From a virus, in the IMG/VR virus record IMGVR_UViG_3300045988_112558, positions 28,997-92,996 of that record: a stretch of DNA of 64,000 nt. One strand, 5' to 3'. Shown one piece after another: positions 46,319-55,933 of the stretch. How positions within the stretch are numbered: position 1 is the stretch's first letter; each line of letters starts with the position of its first letter. The notes beneath the pieces are model-generated. The model saw only the letters and a program-made list of their open reading frames with translations, ran no database searches and was not told the DNA's origin. Both the position numbers and the translations under genes were made by a program.

Positions 46319-46630
46319 TTAATCTGATAATTTTTCTATTTTAATTAATTTTGATGATAGATACATATTCCATTTCCCTCTGCCTCTGTCACCTTTTTCG
46401 TTTTGTTTTTGGATTGTCAAGTACAGATCTCCGTCTTCACATACTTCAACTTTTTTCAAGAAGCCTATCATTTCATCTCCTGCTTCGTGTAAAATACGGA
46501 TCTTATCTCCTTCTTTTAACCCATAATTGGAATCAAAGTATTCTTTTTTGATTCTATCAATGTTGTCTTTATGGTTTTTTATAGCATAAAGCTCTTTTCT
46601 TAATAAATAATTTAGTTGTTCTATTGTCAT
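46319..46630 (-). CDS. Hypothetical protein (103 aa).
   Basis: ORF. Confidence 0.45.
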   Translation of the reverse strand: MTIEQLNYLLRKELYAIKNHKDNIDRIKKEYFDSNYGLKEGDKIRILHEAGDEMIGFLKKVEVCEDGDLYLTIQKQNEKGDRGRGKWNMYLSSKLIKIEKLSD

Positions 46631-47184
46631 TTCTTTTCCTCCTTATTTAATGGTATTAATCCTTTCCCGTGCTTATCATACCACAGCATAGCTATACAAT
46701 TCCATGCACATTGTGCAAGATGAAAAGCTCCTGTATCTGAGTCTATTCTTTCCCCTTTCATGTATTCCATCAGGTGTCGAAACATCGCAGCACGGTACCG
46801 TTCAAATCCGTTGTCAAGGTTCTGCCAAGTATTAGGATCGTACTTTTTGGCTCCGGCATGATAGACTTTTACAATGTCCTCAATCTCTTCCATTGGAAGC
46901 AAATCCCATCGTAGTTTATCATCAATGATGTCATTTTTCACCGATTTGTTTTCTATGGGGTCTTTGGTAAGAATAATATCCATAATATCCGTTTCTATGA
47001 CGAACGTCTCCCCATTGCAACAAACCTCAGCATATTTATCATTTACTTCTATGTCTGATACTGCCTCCGCTATAGCTCCTTTGACGATTTTAAATTCGGC
47101 ACTGATTATATCATCTTTTAATATGCGAAAAATAGATCCTTTTGGATAAAGGATATTTTTAGTATTATCATCCATCTTTTCCAT
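46627..47184 (-). CDS. Protein with a phage dATP/dGTP-diphosphohydrolase N-terminal-like domain (DUF5664-type). Candidate nucleotide-pool sanitising or modifying enzyme.
   Basis: KLRWDLLPMEEIEDIVKVYHAGAKKYDPNTWQNL...RYRAAMFRHLMEY...GAFHLAQCAWNCIAML matches the conserved K-x-R-x-x-L-x-P...GA-x-KY...W...RH...G-x-x-HLA pattern of that family. Confidence 0.55.
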   Translation of the reverse strand: MEKMDDNTKNILYPKGSIFRILKDDIISAEFKIVKGAIAEAVSDIEVNDKYAEVCCNGETFVIETDIMDIILTKDPIENKSVKNDIIDDKLRWDLLPMEEIEDIVKVYHAGAKKYDPNTWQNLDNGFERYRAAMFRHLMEYMKGERIDSDTGAFHLAQCAWNCIAMLWYDKHGKGLIPLNKEEKK

Positions 47185-47236
47185 TGCTTTATCGTTGTTT
47201 TACCTCATTTCGATAGTAATATAATCCATCTTCGTC

Positions 47237-47524
47237 TTATACCCTATCATTCCTGTTATTCTCAAAATATTGTCTTACGGCTTCAATCGCCTTATCGTCA
47301 TCAAAAGCCTCTACAAACCCCTCATAGAATCTATTTCGCTCCATAGAGAACGTATTGCTTCCATCCGGAATGGTTCTGAACACAACTACCTTCTCTCCAT
47401 CTACGTTCGTTCCTATGATGTTGTTATGGAGAATAATAGAATACCGCCCAGAGTTTTTGTTCTGGACGACACTATGTTCGAGATTGTAGAGTCTAAGTAG
47501 TTCTCTTATTTCTTTTACTCCCAT
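47237..47524 (-). CDS. Hypothetical protein (95 aa).
   Basis: ORF. Confidence 0.45.
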   Translation of the reverse strand: MGVKEIRELLRLYNLEHSVVQNKNSGRYSIILHNNIIGTNVDGEKVVVFRTIPDGSNTFSMERNRFYEGFVEAFDDDKAIEAVRQYFENNRNDRV

Positions 47525-47525
47525 A

Positions 47526-48242
47526 TTATTTTACGTTTTTAGAAGTTACAGCCTCTTCTCCCCATTTCTTTACATATATAGATCTCATCATGTTCATTAA
47601 ATTAGAGAAAGAAGAGATGGTTCCCATTTCTATACAAAATGCAAGATTAGATTGAAGCATTTCAAGTTCTTTTAACTGCTCTTGAGTTGCTCTGTTATCT
47701 AAAACATATTTATGTTTATTGAATACAATCCAGTTTAACTTATCAGCCATTTCTATATAATCAACATCTTCAAATTTTGATACAGACCTTGAAAGAGTAT
47801 TGTATTTATCCCCTATCTCTATTCTATCCAAAATAAGTTTATCATTTAACCATCCAGTAACTTCTGCATACAGCATAGGATTTAATTCTATAGCGACTAA
47901 TACCCATATGTAGGGATCACACATAACATTTCTGTTTGTTCCTCTTCCTGTAGTCTTATAGGCATTATACCACTTCATTACTTTTATCAAAGAGTTGTTT
48001 TCCACTATATCCATAAACTCTTTCAAGGTTTCACTTTTTATGTATTTCTGTTTTTTAAGAATATAAAATATCCTTTCTGCACTCTCCTTGTTCGAAAGAA
48101 TATTTTCTATTCTCTTATCATTCCACCCCATCTCCACTCTTTTTCTTGTATATGCCTCTTGTAATCCAGTTAATGACATAAAGGAAGTTTTAATGTCCTG
48201 TCTGATTACCACTCCATACAATAACCTGTATTTAGAAATCAT
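47526..48242 (-). CDS. Hypothetical protein (238 aa), possibly DNA-binding.
   Basis: ORF with no confident motif. Confidence 0.45.
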   Translation of the reverse strand: MISKYRLLYGVVIRQDIKTSFMSLTGLQEAYTRKRVEMGWNDKRIENILSNKESAERIFYILKKQKYIKSETLKEFMDIVENNSLIKVMKWYNAYKTTGRGTNRNVMCDPYIWVLVAIELNPMLYAEVTGWLNDKLILDRIEIGDKYNTLSRSVSKFEDVDYIEMADKLNWIVFNKHKYVLDNRATQEQLKELEMLQSNLAFCIEMGTISSFSNLMNMMRSIYVKKWGEEAVTSKNVK

Positions 48243-48362
48243 AACTTTTAAATTATTTAATAAAATACGCTTGTATTAAAATTACACGACGTAAAAATAT
48301 AGATTGTGTAACTTTAATATAAGCGTATTGTGTTAAATTTTACTTATAGTGTTTTTATAGAC

Positions 48363-48719
48363 TCACATTATTCCTTCTAAATTTACTTTTATAGAACCAT
48401 TTATGGTTTTAATGCTCCCATCTATGGTTGAAATCACATCATCTATATCATTTATAATGCCTTCCATGTCATCAACCACCTCCTCCATATCAGTTACAGC
48501 CCGATCTGATTCCCAATATCTTTCTGAGTCTTGTAACGATTCCGGTATATTATCTCTCGCCTCCGTCTCTTCATCTAAAATCATATCAATATCATCTTTG
48601 GCTGAATTTATGTTGTGCTTTAACTCCGATAACTTTGATTTGATGTATTCAAAATCTGTTTTATACTTATTTGCGTTTTTGATAACATCTGATATTTTTT
48701 TTCTTCTCTTGTTGTTCAT
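48363..48719 (-). CDS. Acidic hypothetical protein (118 aa).
   Basis: ORF whose stop overlaps the helicase gene start. Confidence 0.45.
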   Translation of the reverse strand: MNNKRRKKISDVIKNANKYKTDFEYIKSKLSELKHNINSAKDDIDMILDEETEARDNIPESLQDSERYWESDRAVTDMEEVVDDMEGIINDIDDVISTIDGSIKTINGSIKVNLEGIM

Positions 48720-50146
48720 GCTTTTATCCTATTATAATATTCGATAATCTTTTCTTTCCTATCTCCCGGTTTTACTGCCATATTCTCAGCCAAGAACCTA
48801 AAATACGACACCGGTATGTCCTTGAATCTAATTCCTTCATATTTTCCAAACCACATTATTATACTGTCAAGATCGTCTTCTCTCCTACCATCTCCATTCA
48901 CAGATTTAAGAGAAGCTGCCCGGCGAAGGATTTCGTCTTTGGTAATAATATCCCCCATCCTTATATTGGATAGAAGCTGATTGCCGGCAAACATACACCA
49001 GCCCTTAGAAGGAAATTGTTCGATCGTTAAATCTTCTATCCGGCCGAAACGCCTCATGTTGTCGCAGCAATCAACTATCAGTGCCTCTTTCTTGTCAGGA
49101 TGAATACGAACGCACCTGCCGAGCACCTGGTAATATGTTGAATATGAGAATGTTGGGCGCCCAAACATCACACAATCAAGTTCGGGAAAATCAAATCCGG
49201 TAGCAAGCGTTGAATAATTAAACACGACCTTCAACTTACCTTCTTTGAAATCGGATATGATTTGTTCTCTTTTCTTTTTGGTTGTTAGCGATGTTACGAC
49301 GCCGGTTATGGCTCCCATCCTGGCATTCATGAACTCTGATATTCTATTACATGATTCGATAGAATCCATGCAAACCAAAATGGCTTTACGCTCGTTCATA
49401 AGCTGAAGAAGACGCTTATAGATAGAGTTGTTTAAGCCATTTCGTACAATACTTTCTTTAATAGATTCGTTGGTGTATTCGGCCCCGGTACTGTTTAACA
49501 TCAGAGCCGATTCATCAAAAGACCATCGTTCGTACTTAAGTGGGCACCAAAACCCTTGAGAAGTTAGCTCTTGTATTTGAGTTACGTGAACTATCTTCTT
49601 AAAGAAGTTATGTTCGTCTTTCGTCAGCATATTGAGCTTGCTATAGTTCCCTTCCAGCATGGAGCTGTAGGTCCGGAGGCGGCAGGGCGTGGCAGTGAAG
49701 CCCAGCACCTTCGCCTCTGGGAACTCGTTCATAAACTCCATAAATTCAGAACCTTCTTCTGGGGAATATCCTGAATGACATTCGTCTATCAATAAGGTAT
49801 CTATCCCTATATCCTTCAACTTCGCTACATCTTTCTTTATGCTCTTTAATGTTGCATAAGTCATAGCCGACAGTTCTTTTACACCACATGAAGCAGAATA
49901 TATAGTAGGCTCAGAGCCGAATGATATAGCCTTCGCATAATTCTGCTCCAGAATCTCTTTAGATGGTTGCAATACAAGAATAGGTCTTTTTAATTCATGA
50001 GCTATCTTGCTAATTATTAAAGACTTCCCCGCTGCACACGGCAAGACTTCTATGCCAGGCTTCTTAGATCTTCCTGTAAGAAACTTAAGCCCGGCATCTA
50101 CTGCCTCTTTTTGGTAAGGTCTAAGTTCAAAGCCCACTGCAATCAA
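48716..50146 (-). CDS. Superfamily-2 DEAH-box DNA helicase (476 aa).
   Basis: LRPYQ Q-motif region, Walker A PCAAGKS, motif II DECH, motif III TATP. Confidence 0.7.
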   Translation of the reverse strand: MIAVGFELRPYQKEAVDAGLKFLTGRSKKPGIEVLPCAAGKSLIISKIAHELKRPILVLQPSKEILEQNYAKAISFGSEPTIYSASCGVKELSAMTYATLKSIKKDVAKLKDIGIDTLLIDECHSGYSPEEGSEFMEFMNEFPEAKVLGFTATPCRLRTYSSMLEGNYSKLNMLTKDEHNFFKKIVHVTQIQELTSQGFWCPLKYERWSFDESALMLNSTGAEYTNESIKESIVRNGLNNSIYKRLLQLMNERKAILVCMDSIESCNRISEFMNARMGAITGVVTSLTTKKKREQIISDFKEGKLKVVFNYSTLATGFDFPELDCVMFGRPTFSYSTYYQVLGRCVRIHPDKKEALIVDCCDNMRRFGRIEDLTIEQFPSKGWCMFAGNQLLSNIRMGDIITKDEILRRAASLKSVNGDGRREDDLDSIIMWFGKYEGIRFKDIPVSYFRFLAENMAVKPGDRKEKIIEYYNRIKA

Positions 50147-50525
50147 TATTATAATTCTGTGCGTAAAATCTTATTTCTTCTACCATTATTTTCCTTGCTA
50201 TTTCTATATCGTCTTCATCCAAGCATATATTACATTCTACATAATCGGGATACGATATAGTATTTGCATCTCCTATCGTGTATGCGCAACAATAATCAAA
50301 CTCTGGTTCTTTGGCTACAGGAATAAAATCTTTGTCATCTGCCTCTGACAAAGCGCAGTACTCAACATCTGTTTCACACAATACAGTCAATTTTTCGACT
50401 TTTATAGTCAGATTATTATCTTCATAATGACCACTATAAAGCCATAATTCCTTCCCCTTGTTTTTGTAGAAGTCATCCAGTCTTTCCTTGATACTTTTCG
50501 CTTTTTTGATTTCAATCTTTTCCAT
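50127..50525 (-). CDS. Hypothetical protein (132 aa).
   Basis: ORF. Confidence 0.45.
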   Translation of the reverse strand: MEKIEIKKAKSIKERLDDFYKNKGKELWLYSGHYEDNNLTIKVEKLTVLCETDVEYCALSEADDKDFIPVAKEPEFDYCCAYTIGDANTISYPDYVECNICLDEDDIEIARKIMVEEIRFYAQNYNIDCSGL

Positions 50526-50535
50526 GACATTTTTT

Positions 50536-50844
50536 TTAATTAGTTATTAAAATATATCTTTTAACAATATCTTCAAGCTCCATAGAAAATAACAAACCTG
50601 GGCTTTTTTCGTACTCGTACAGAGTGTACCCTTCCTTTATGTCTAATATCTTAATCACATGCTTGCCTCTTTCAAATGGATCCGTGAAGTAGCCTTTGTA
50701 TTCGTATCTTTGACCTACTTTTATTTTGTCGGTTTTCTTCTTCATCTTATACCGATCTATCGCCCTGCTTATTTTTATAAGAGCCGTTACAAACAGGTAT
50801 GATAATAAAAAGACTGCCGCTCCTGTTATCAATGCTTCTTTCAT
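50536..50844 (-). CDS. Small membrane protein (102 aa, one N-terminal transmembrane helix).
   Basis: N-terminus ITGAAVFLLSYLFVTALI is hydrophobic. Confidence 0.45.
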   Translation of the reverse strand: MKEALITGAAVFLLSYLFVTALIKISRAIDRYKMKKKTDKIKVGQRYEYKGYFTDPFERGKHVIKILDIKEGYTLYEYEKSPGLLFSMELEDIVKRYILITN

Positions 50845-51010
50845 TGCACCTCTTTTAAGTAGTTAAACCATATATCCTCCAGTCTTTCCTGAAGCTCAAA
50901 TGCTTTCTTAAAATTCCCGCTTCTTACAGCAACGTCTCTCATGTATTCTACGTTTATAACCTCCGGATCTTGCCGGTATTTTGTTCTTAACTTTTGAACA
51001 TCCTCGTATT

Positions 51011-52030
51011 TCATCGCTTTATTTTTTTAGACGGATCCCAATCTGAAGAGAAAGGGCATTCGTTTTTGTTATGTAATCCAAAGTCACAATAATAACACAG
51101 TGCTGACGGGCAGGGTAGCTTGTTTTGCGAAACAGGCTGGCTTAGGGTGGCACGCCGCTTGCTATATCTGGCTCCTTCTGCTCCCTGGATGTACGCTTGA
51201 AATGATTTTACACTATTATCTTCAAAATCATACATTTTAGATAAAGTGTCATTTAGCATTTCTATAGATTTTGTTTTACGCTCTTCATCCACCTTAACCT
51301 TTTGGTACTGTCTGGTCCTGGTAAAGAAATAGATGTTCATATCTGGCAGAACTCCACCATATTTTCTATAGATGTAAAACGAATATATAGGATGCTGTAA
51401 ATTCGTTTCCAACTTCTTAGAATCAAAAACCTTATTCCCTGATTTCCAATCTATGACATAATGGTGAATTACGTTCTTGCTCTTTATAGCCAGATGAAGG
51501 TCTACTGATCCTACTATGTACACATGGGTATGAATTACCCCATTTATGTCAACTGGCTTAGGAAGGCGGTACGGCAGCACAAAATCTTCTTCGACTCCAA
51601 CTATAGCGCCGTGTCTGATAAGTTTCTCACAAGGATTAAGATCACTATCAGCTATCATAAACCTATTGCCGTCTTTTTTAAACAGATCCACAATCCAAGC
51701 AAGAAGTTCCCCAGATTGTTTCATGGCTATCATCATATTTTCCGGTGATTGCCAAGGTATGTCTTCTTGGTAAGCATAGTAACTTATTGCTTCTCCAAGG
51801 TCTTTGCTAGAAGGCTGCCTTCCGTTCTTGAAGAAGTATTCCAGTGTCTTATGAATAACCGTACCATAAGACGTAGCTTCTTGTTTTTCTGTAGACCTTT
51901 TGCCCTCTACGTAAGTCTTATACCATTTCATTGGACAAGTAAGAAACGTATCTATCTGGGAATAAGAAATGGCAAGACGTTTCACACCATTAAACTCCTT
52001 ATATAGCAAATGCGTTTCTGGGACCATCAT
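51011..52030 (-). CDS. RecB-family PD-(D/E)xK nuclease with terminal cysteine clusters (Cas4-like, probable Fe-S).
   Basis: GSVDLH (motif II Asp), VIDWKSGN (hhDYKTG-type motif III), QHPIY (QhxxY), an N-terminal Cys (LTCP) and a C-terminal CPSALCYYC...ECP cluster. Confidence 0.6.
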   Translation of the reverse strand: MMVPETHLLYKEFNGVKRLAISYSQIDTFLTCPMKWYKTYVEGKRSTEKQEATSYGTVIHKTLEYFFKNGRQPSSKDLGEAISYYAYQEDIPWQSPENMMIAMKQSGELLAWIVDLFKKDGNRFMIADSDLNPCEKLIRHGAIVGVEEDFVLPYRLPKPVDINGVIHTHVYIVGSVDLHLAIKSKNVIHHYVIDWKSGNKVFDSKKLETNLQHPIYSFYIYRKYGGVLPDMNIYFFTRTRQYQKVKVDEERKTKSIEMLNDTLSKMYDFEDNSVKSFQAYIQGAEGARYSKRRATLSQPVSQNKLPCPSALCYYCDFGLHNKNECPFSSDWDPSKKIKR

Positions 52031-52386
52031 AAGTCATTGTCTTTAAATCCTTCCGGGTAATATATGACATACTTCTTACCGTCTTCTGGTGTCATGGCAA
52101 ACTGCATGTAGTTATTACGATTACGATGTTTGCCATCTAATCCTCGCTTCCAATACAGTATCCCGTCTATATCCACATAAGATCGGCCCCGGTCGGCTCT
52201 AACTACGTCCGTGTGTAGTAGATACCCGTCGGAAGACACGATCCACACTTTATCACCTTTGCTTAAATAAGATATTCTTTTTCTTACAACAACCTTTTTC
52301 TTATTATCCAATACAAATTCCTCATCAGTCATACTCTTCATCCTCCTCTTCTTCTGTTTCAAAATCAATTCCATAACACTGATCAT
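52027..52386 (-). CDS. Hypothetical protein (119 aa).
   Basis: ORF. Confidence 0.45.
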   Translation of the reverse strand: MISVMELILKQKKRRMKSMTDEEFVLDNKKKVVVRKRISYLSKGDKVWIVSSDGYLLHTDVVRADRGRSYVDIDGILYWKRGLDGKHRNRNNYMQFAMTPEDGKKYVIYYPEGFKDNDL

Positions 52387-52520
52387 AATGCTTGGTCAGT
52401 TCTTCTGGTTCTAAATCTTGTCCAAAATCCATGTTAAAAATATCGTAATTAGTAAAGCACTTAAAATCACTGTTCCCGCAGGCAGGAAATCTATGAATGC
52501 TGCTTTTATTTCTTCAATTA

Positions 52521-52542
52521 GGCCCAAGTGTAACCTTGGGCC
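52521..52542. other. Perfect 8-bp hairpin GGCCCAAG-TGTAAC-CTTGGGCC just downstream of the flotillin gene stop.
   Basis: The T-tract is on the plus-strand side only. For the minus-strand operon the downstream tract is A/U-poor. The role is unclear (terminator or protein-binding site). Confidence 0.3.
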
Positions 52543-52549
52543 ATTGTAT

Positions 52550-54250
52550 TTATTTTTTGTCATCTCCTTTTAATTTCTTTAAAGTATCTGCAATCGGAAG
52601 CTGATCAATGACTCCCAATGCCGGAGCGACGGTCTTGACAACATTGTTAAGGAAATTACCGGTGCTGTTTTGACCACCGTCAAATACCGTGATATTTCCG
52701 AGATTGATGTGCTCGAACGCCTTAACCTGTTCTCCAGCAATTTCTTTCCACTGATTAACCATCTTGTACTGAATGGCGATCTGAGGATTGGATTCTGCTG
52801 CTTCCACCATAGCCTTAAATCCGTCGGCTTCTGCCATTAACGACTTTTTCTTACCTTCGGCTTCTGCCTCCAGCTTCATCTGAATAGCCTTTGCCTCTGC
52901 CTCAGCTTTTGCCAAATGTGCTGCTGCCTCAGCCTCAGCCCGGCGTTTGATCTTCTCGGCCTCAGCATCAGCTTGTAATATAGCCTCTTCCTTCTGGGTT
53001 TCAGCCGGCACAATCTTTTCAGCCTTAAGCGCAGCCTGAACTTTCTTAGCCTTAGCTTCTTCCACTTCTTTATCAGCAAGCTCTTTTGCCGTTTTTACAG
53101 CCGCTTCCGATTTAACTTTTTCTTCTCCGGCCTTCTTTTCTGATTGAGCTTTGATAATCTGTAGTTCTGATACTGACACAGCAACCTCCTTCTGGGCATT
53201 GTTGTATCCTATAGACGCATTTTTCTCAGCCTCAGCCTTCTTAATCTGAGCTTCAGAGTCTTGTATTGCTATAGCTGCTTCCTTGTCAGCTTCAGCCTTA
53301 TTCTTTCCGACTTCTTCCATCCTTTCAGCCTCGGCTTTATTTACTTCAAGTTCTGCCTTAGATCTTACGATCGCCGATTCCTTGTCGGTTAAAGTTTTTG
53401 CGATAACCGCAGCCCTGTCTCTATCTGCTTGAGCTACACCGATCTGTTTCTCCTTATCGGTTAAAGCTAAAGCTATTTCTTTTTCTTTCTTCGTTTCAGC
53501 TACTATCGTTTCCTTTTCTTTTTCAGTACAAGCAATTTGAATCTCTTGTTCTTTTTTGGTATTAGCCACAGCCGTTTCTTTCTCCTTCTGCTGTACAGCA
53601 ATCTTAATAGCACCCAGCTTCTCCTGTTCTTCGATATTAGCCTGTGCCTCGTTCAGAGCCCTACTTTCAGCTTCCTTACCAAGGTTCATAATATAACCGG
53701 CTTCGTCTCTGATGTCACTGATGTTGATGTTCAGGAGGTAAAGACCTAACTTGTTAAGCTCGTTATCAATGTTCTTTCTCGCCTTATCCAAAAACTCATC
53801 CCTGTCAGAATTAAGTTTTTCGATCGTCATTTCAGCAATAATCAAACGCATCTGACCGTAAACGATGTCCGTAATAAGATTTTCAGTAGATTCGGTATCC
53901 ATCCCCAAAAGTCTTTCTGCCGCATTTTGCATGATTTCGGGATTTGTACTGATAGCTACTGTAATGGTCGTAGGTACATCTACTCTAATATTCTGAGATG
54001 ACAAAGCACCGGTAAGCTTGCAATCTATTTGCATAGGCTCCATTGACAAAACATCATAGCTTTGAATAATAGGCAAGACAAATGCCGCTCCACCATGATA
54101 TAATTTCGCCGATTTCTTTTCCCCACCTGTCTTACCATAAACGACCAAGACCTGATTAGGCTTACATCTACGATACCTTGATAAGACTCCGATGATTGTC
54201 AAAATAATCACTACAGCTAAGATAGCTGACACGTACATGATTGTTGTCAT
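52550..54250 (-). CDS. Flotillin-like SPFH/band-7 domain protein (566 aa) with an N-terminal membrane anchor and a long Ala/Glu/Lys-rich coiled coil.
   Basis: RYRRCKPNQVLVVYGK...GGAAFVLPIIQSYDVLSMEPMQID matches the start of the flotillin SPFH domain (compare B. subtilis FloT/YuaG). EA-repeat coiled coil at about aa 190-460. Confidence 0.8.
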   Translation of the reverse strand: MTTIMYVSAILAVVIILTIIGVLSRYRRCKPNQVLVVYGKTGGEKKSAKLYHGGAAFVLPIIQSYDVLSMEPMQIDCKLTGALSSQNIRVDVPTTITVAISTNPEIMQNAAERLLGMDTESTENLITDIVYGQMRLIIAEMTIEKLNSDRDEFLDKARKNIDNELNKLGLYLLNINISDIRDEAGYIMNLGKEAESRALNEAQANIEEQEKLGAIKIAVQQKEKETAVANTKKEQEIQIACTEKEKETIVAETKKEKEIALALTDKEKQIGVAQADRDRAAVIAKTLTDKESAIVRSKAELEVNKAEAERMEEVGKNKAEADKEAAIAIQDSEAQIKKAEAEKNASIGYNNAQKEVAVSVSELQIIKAQSEKKAGEEKVKSEAAVKTAKELADKEVEEAKAKKVQAALKAEKIVPAETQKEEAILQADAEAEKIKRRAEAEAAAHLAKAEAEAKAIQMKLEAEAEGKKKSLMAEADGFKAMVEAAESNPQIAIQYKMVNQWKEIAGEQVKAFEHINLGNITVFDGGQNSTGNFLNNVVKTVAPALGVIDQLPIADTLKKLKGDDKK

Positions 54251-54281
54251 AACTTTTAAAATCTAATTGTTGATAAAAAAA

Positions 54282-54776
54282 TTAGATACTTAATTCTCCT
54301 TCTTCATATTTTATATTCGCCTTGTCGCCGTTTTTGTAGGTTTTTCCAGACAAGCATTTTACTCTCATTTGCTCTTGTCTTCCATTTTTCGAAATATTTA
54401 CCATATAATGATTCTTCCCTGATCTAAATACTATCTCCACTTCTCTTCCGTTTAAATCTTCCGGACATTCGTACACCATTTCTTGCTTTAACTTAAGAAG
54501 TAACTTATATACGTAAAACAAAACGATAAAGAAAAACGACCCTATCACAACCCCTACTAAATGGGAACCCGAAAAGTAGGTAGTCCAGCTATATCCAAGA
54601 ATAAAATGTGTTATGCCCTTGAATGATATAATGTCCGACAAAGACATACTTAAATCAGAAGCACTGTCAATGTCAATATCCGTATCCAGATCAGATCCTA
54701 ATATCGATAACAAAAACTGTATAACAAAAGCAAATGACGCTATTAAAGCCATGCATAAAATTATGTCACTTCCCAT
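54282..54776 (-). CDS. NfeD-like membrane protein (164 aa), the usual operon partner of SPFH/flotillin proteins.
   Basis: Three hydrophobic helices followed by a beta-rich C-terminal domain (REVEIVFRSGKNHYMVNISKNGRQEQMRVKCLSGKTYKNGDKANIKYEEG). Synteny immediately upstream of flotillin, as in yuaF-yuaG. Confidence 0.55.
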   Translation of the reverse strand: MGSDIILCMALIASFAFVIQFLLSILGSDLDTDIDIDSASDLSMSLSDIISFKGITHFILGYSWTTYFSGSHLVGVVIGSFFFIVLFYVYKLLLKLKQEMVYECPEDLNGREVEIVFRSGKNHYMVNISKNGRQEQMRVKCLSGKTYKNGDKANIKYEEGELSI

Positions 54777-55017
54777 ACCCTTCTGTTATTATTTTGTAAA
54801 CAAGATCAGTCATATCTTTGATGGTCTCCATATCATAATCAATAATAACAATATTGAATTTTTGTTCCACCATCACATCAAGCTCAATTCGATCAATAGA
54901 ATCTAATCCAAGTTCTTTAAACGTCACATCTTCTTCATGAACTATATCTATTTCCGAATTAAGAAACTGAGTAATAATTATATCCTCTATTATCTTTCTG
55001 ATTCTTACTTTTTCCAT
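54766..55017 (-). CDS. Acyl carrier protein (83 aa).
   Basis: FKELGLDSIDRIELDVMVEQKF carries the phosphopantetheine-attachment DSL/DSI serine motif and helix II. Acidic, and the size is typical of an ACP. Confidence 0.75.
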   Translation of the reverse strand: MEKVRIRKIIEDIIITQFLNSEIDIVHEEDVTFKELGLDSIDRIELDVMVEQKFNIVIIDYDMETIKDMTDLVYKIITEGYGK

Positions 55018-55718
55018 TGCTTTCTAATTTTGTTAAATAAATACGTTTTTATGTTTTTCAATCGCTCTTTGTCTGTTTCAGAACTTCCGGTAAACAAATA
55101 ATCCGGATTGCCTTTAGCCGGCGGCGTAGGCAATTTAGATACGGCAAACAACCAATCCATTTCCTTATTCTTCTTAGACTCCAAATAAGGCTCGGTAGCG
55201 ATCTTAAATTTTTCAGCTATTAAGTCAAAGAGCTTTGAATTTTTAAGGTTCATATGTACTGAAAAAGCCTGAGAAGGTGGTTTCCATATGAAGTTGCATA
55301 AGCTCATTGTATAATCTCCTGACTCTGCTATATAAGATTCCGTTACCTGAAGTATGACCTCTTTCTTGAATGAGGTGTTACCCATAAACCAACACAATCT
55401 GGATTCTGCTTCTTTTCTGCTGACACCTATGTCTTTTGAATATGATTCGTACATTCCTATCATAATCCTCAACGTTTCCAGAACCTCGTCTGTCATTTCC
55501 GGTGTCTCTATATAATTTACAAAAGACGTTCCTTTGTTGGTTAATCTCATCACGCCTGATTTTAATTTCTCAACCAGGCCAAGCTCTATATACCTCCCAG
55601 CATCTTCTTCCGGCATGGCTTCGATCATAACCGAATCCTTCTGTCTTATGGCAAGAAGATTAGCAAGATCATTAGGAGTCATGTCTGATGCTGCAAGTTG
55701 TCTGAAATTGATGTACAT
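55005..55718 (-). CDS. Hypothetical protein (237 aa), first gene of the ACP/NfeD/flotillin operon.
   Basis: ORF overlapping the ACP start by 13 nt. Confidence 0.5.
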   Translation of the reverse strand: MYINFRQLAASDMTPNDLANLLAIRQKDSVMIEAMPEEDAGRYIELGLVEKLKSGVMRLTNKGTSFVNYIETPEMTDEVLETLRIMIGMYESYSKDIGVSRKEAESRLCWFMGNTSFKKEVILQVTESYIAESGDYTMSLCNFIWKPPSQAFSVHMNLKNSKLFDLIAEKFKIATEPYLESKKNKEMDWLFAVSKLPTPPAKGNPDYLFTGSSETDKERLKNIKTYLFNKIRKQWKK

Positions 55719-55720
55719 TC

Positions 55721-55918
55721 TTAATCAGCTTTAATGAAAATAACATTCTTGTTATCTTGTCTATCAACATGTTCACATGGATCAATAATTATGTCTATAC
55801 ATGAACAATAATTGTAATTTTCGAATATACACCTATCGCATGTATCACCTTCCACACATTTTAATCTTACAAGTCCGGCAGTAAACACTTCTCCTACTTT
55901 AAATTCCTTCTTTTCCAT
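55721..55918 (-). CDS. Small Cys-rich protein (65 aa).
   Basis: CVEGDTCDRCIFENYNYCSCIDIIIDPCEH. Confidence 0.4.
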   Translation of the reverse strand: MEKKEFKVGEVFTAGLVRLKCVEGDTCDRCIFENYNYCSCIDIIIDPCEHVDRQDNKNVIFIKAD

Positions 55919-55933
55919 ATTCCCTCCTTGTTT

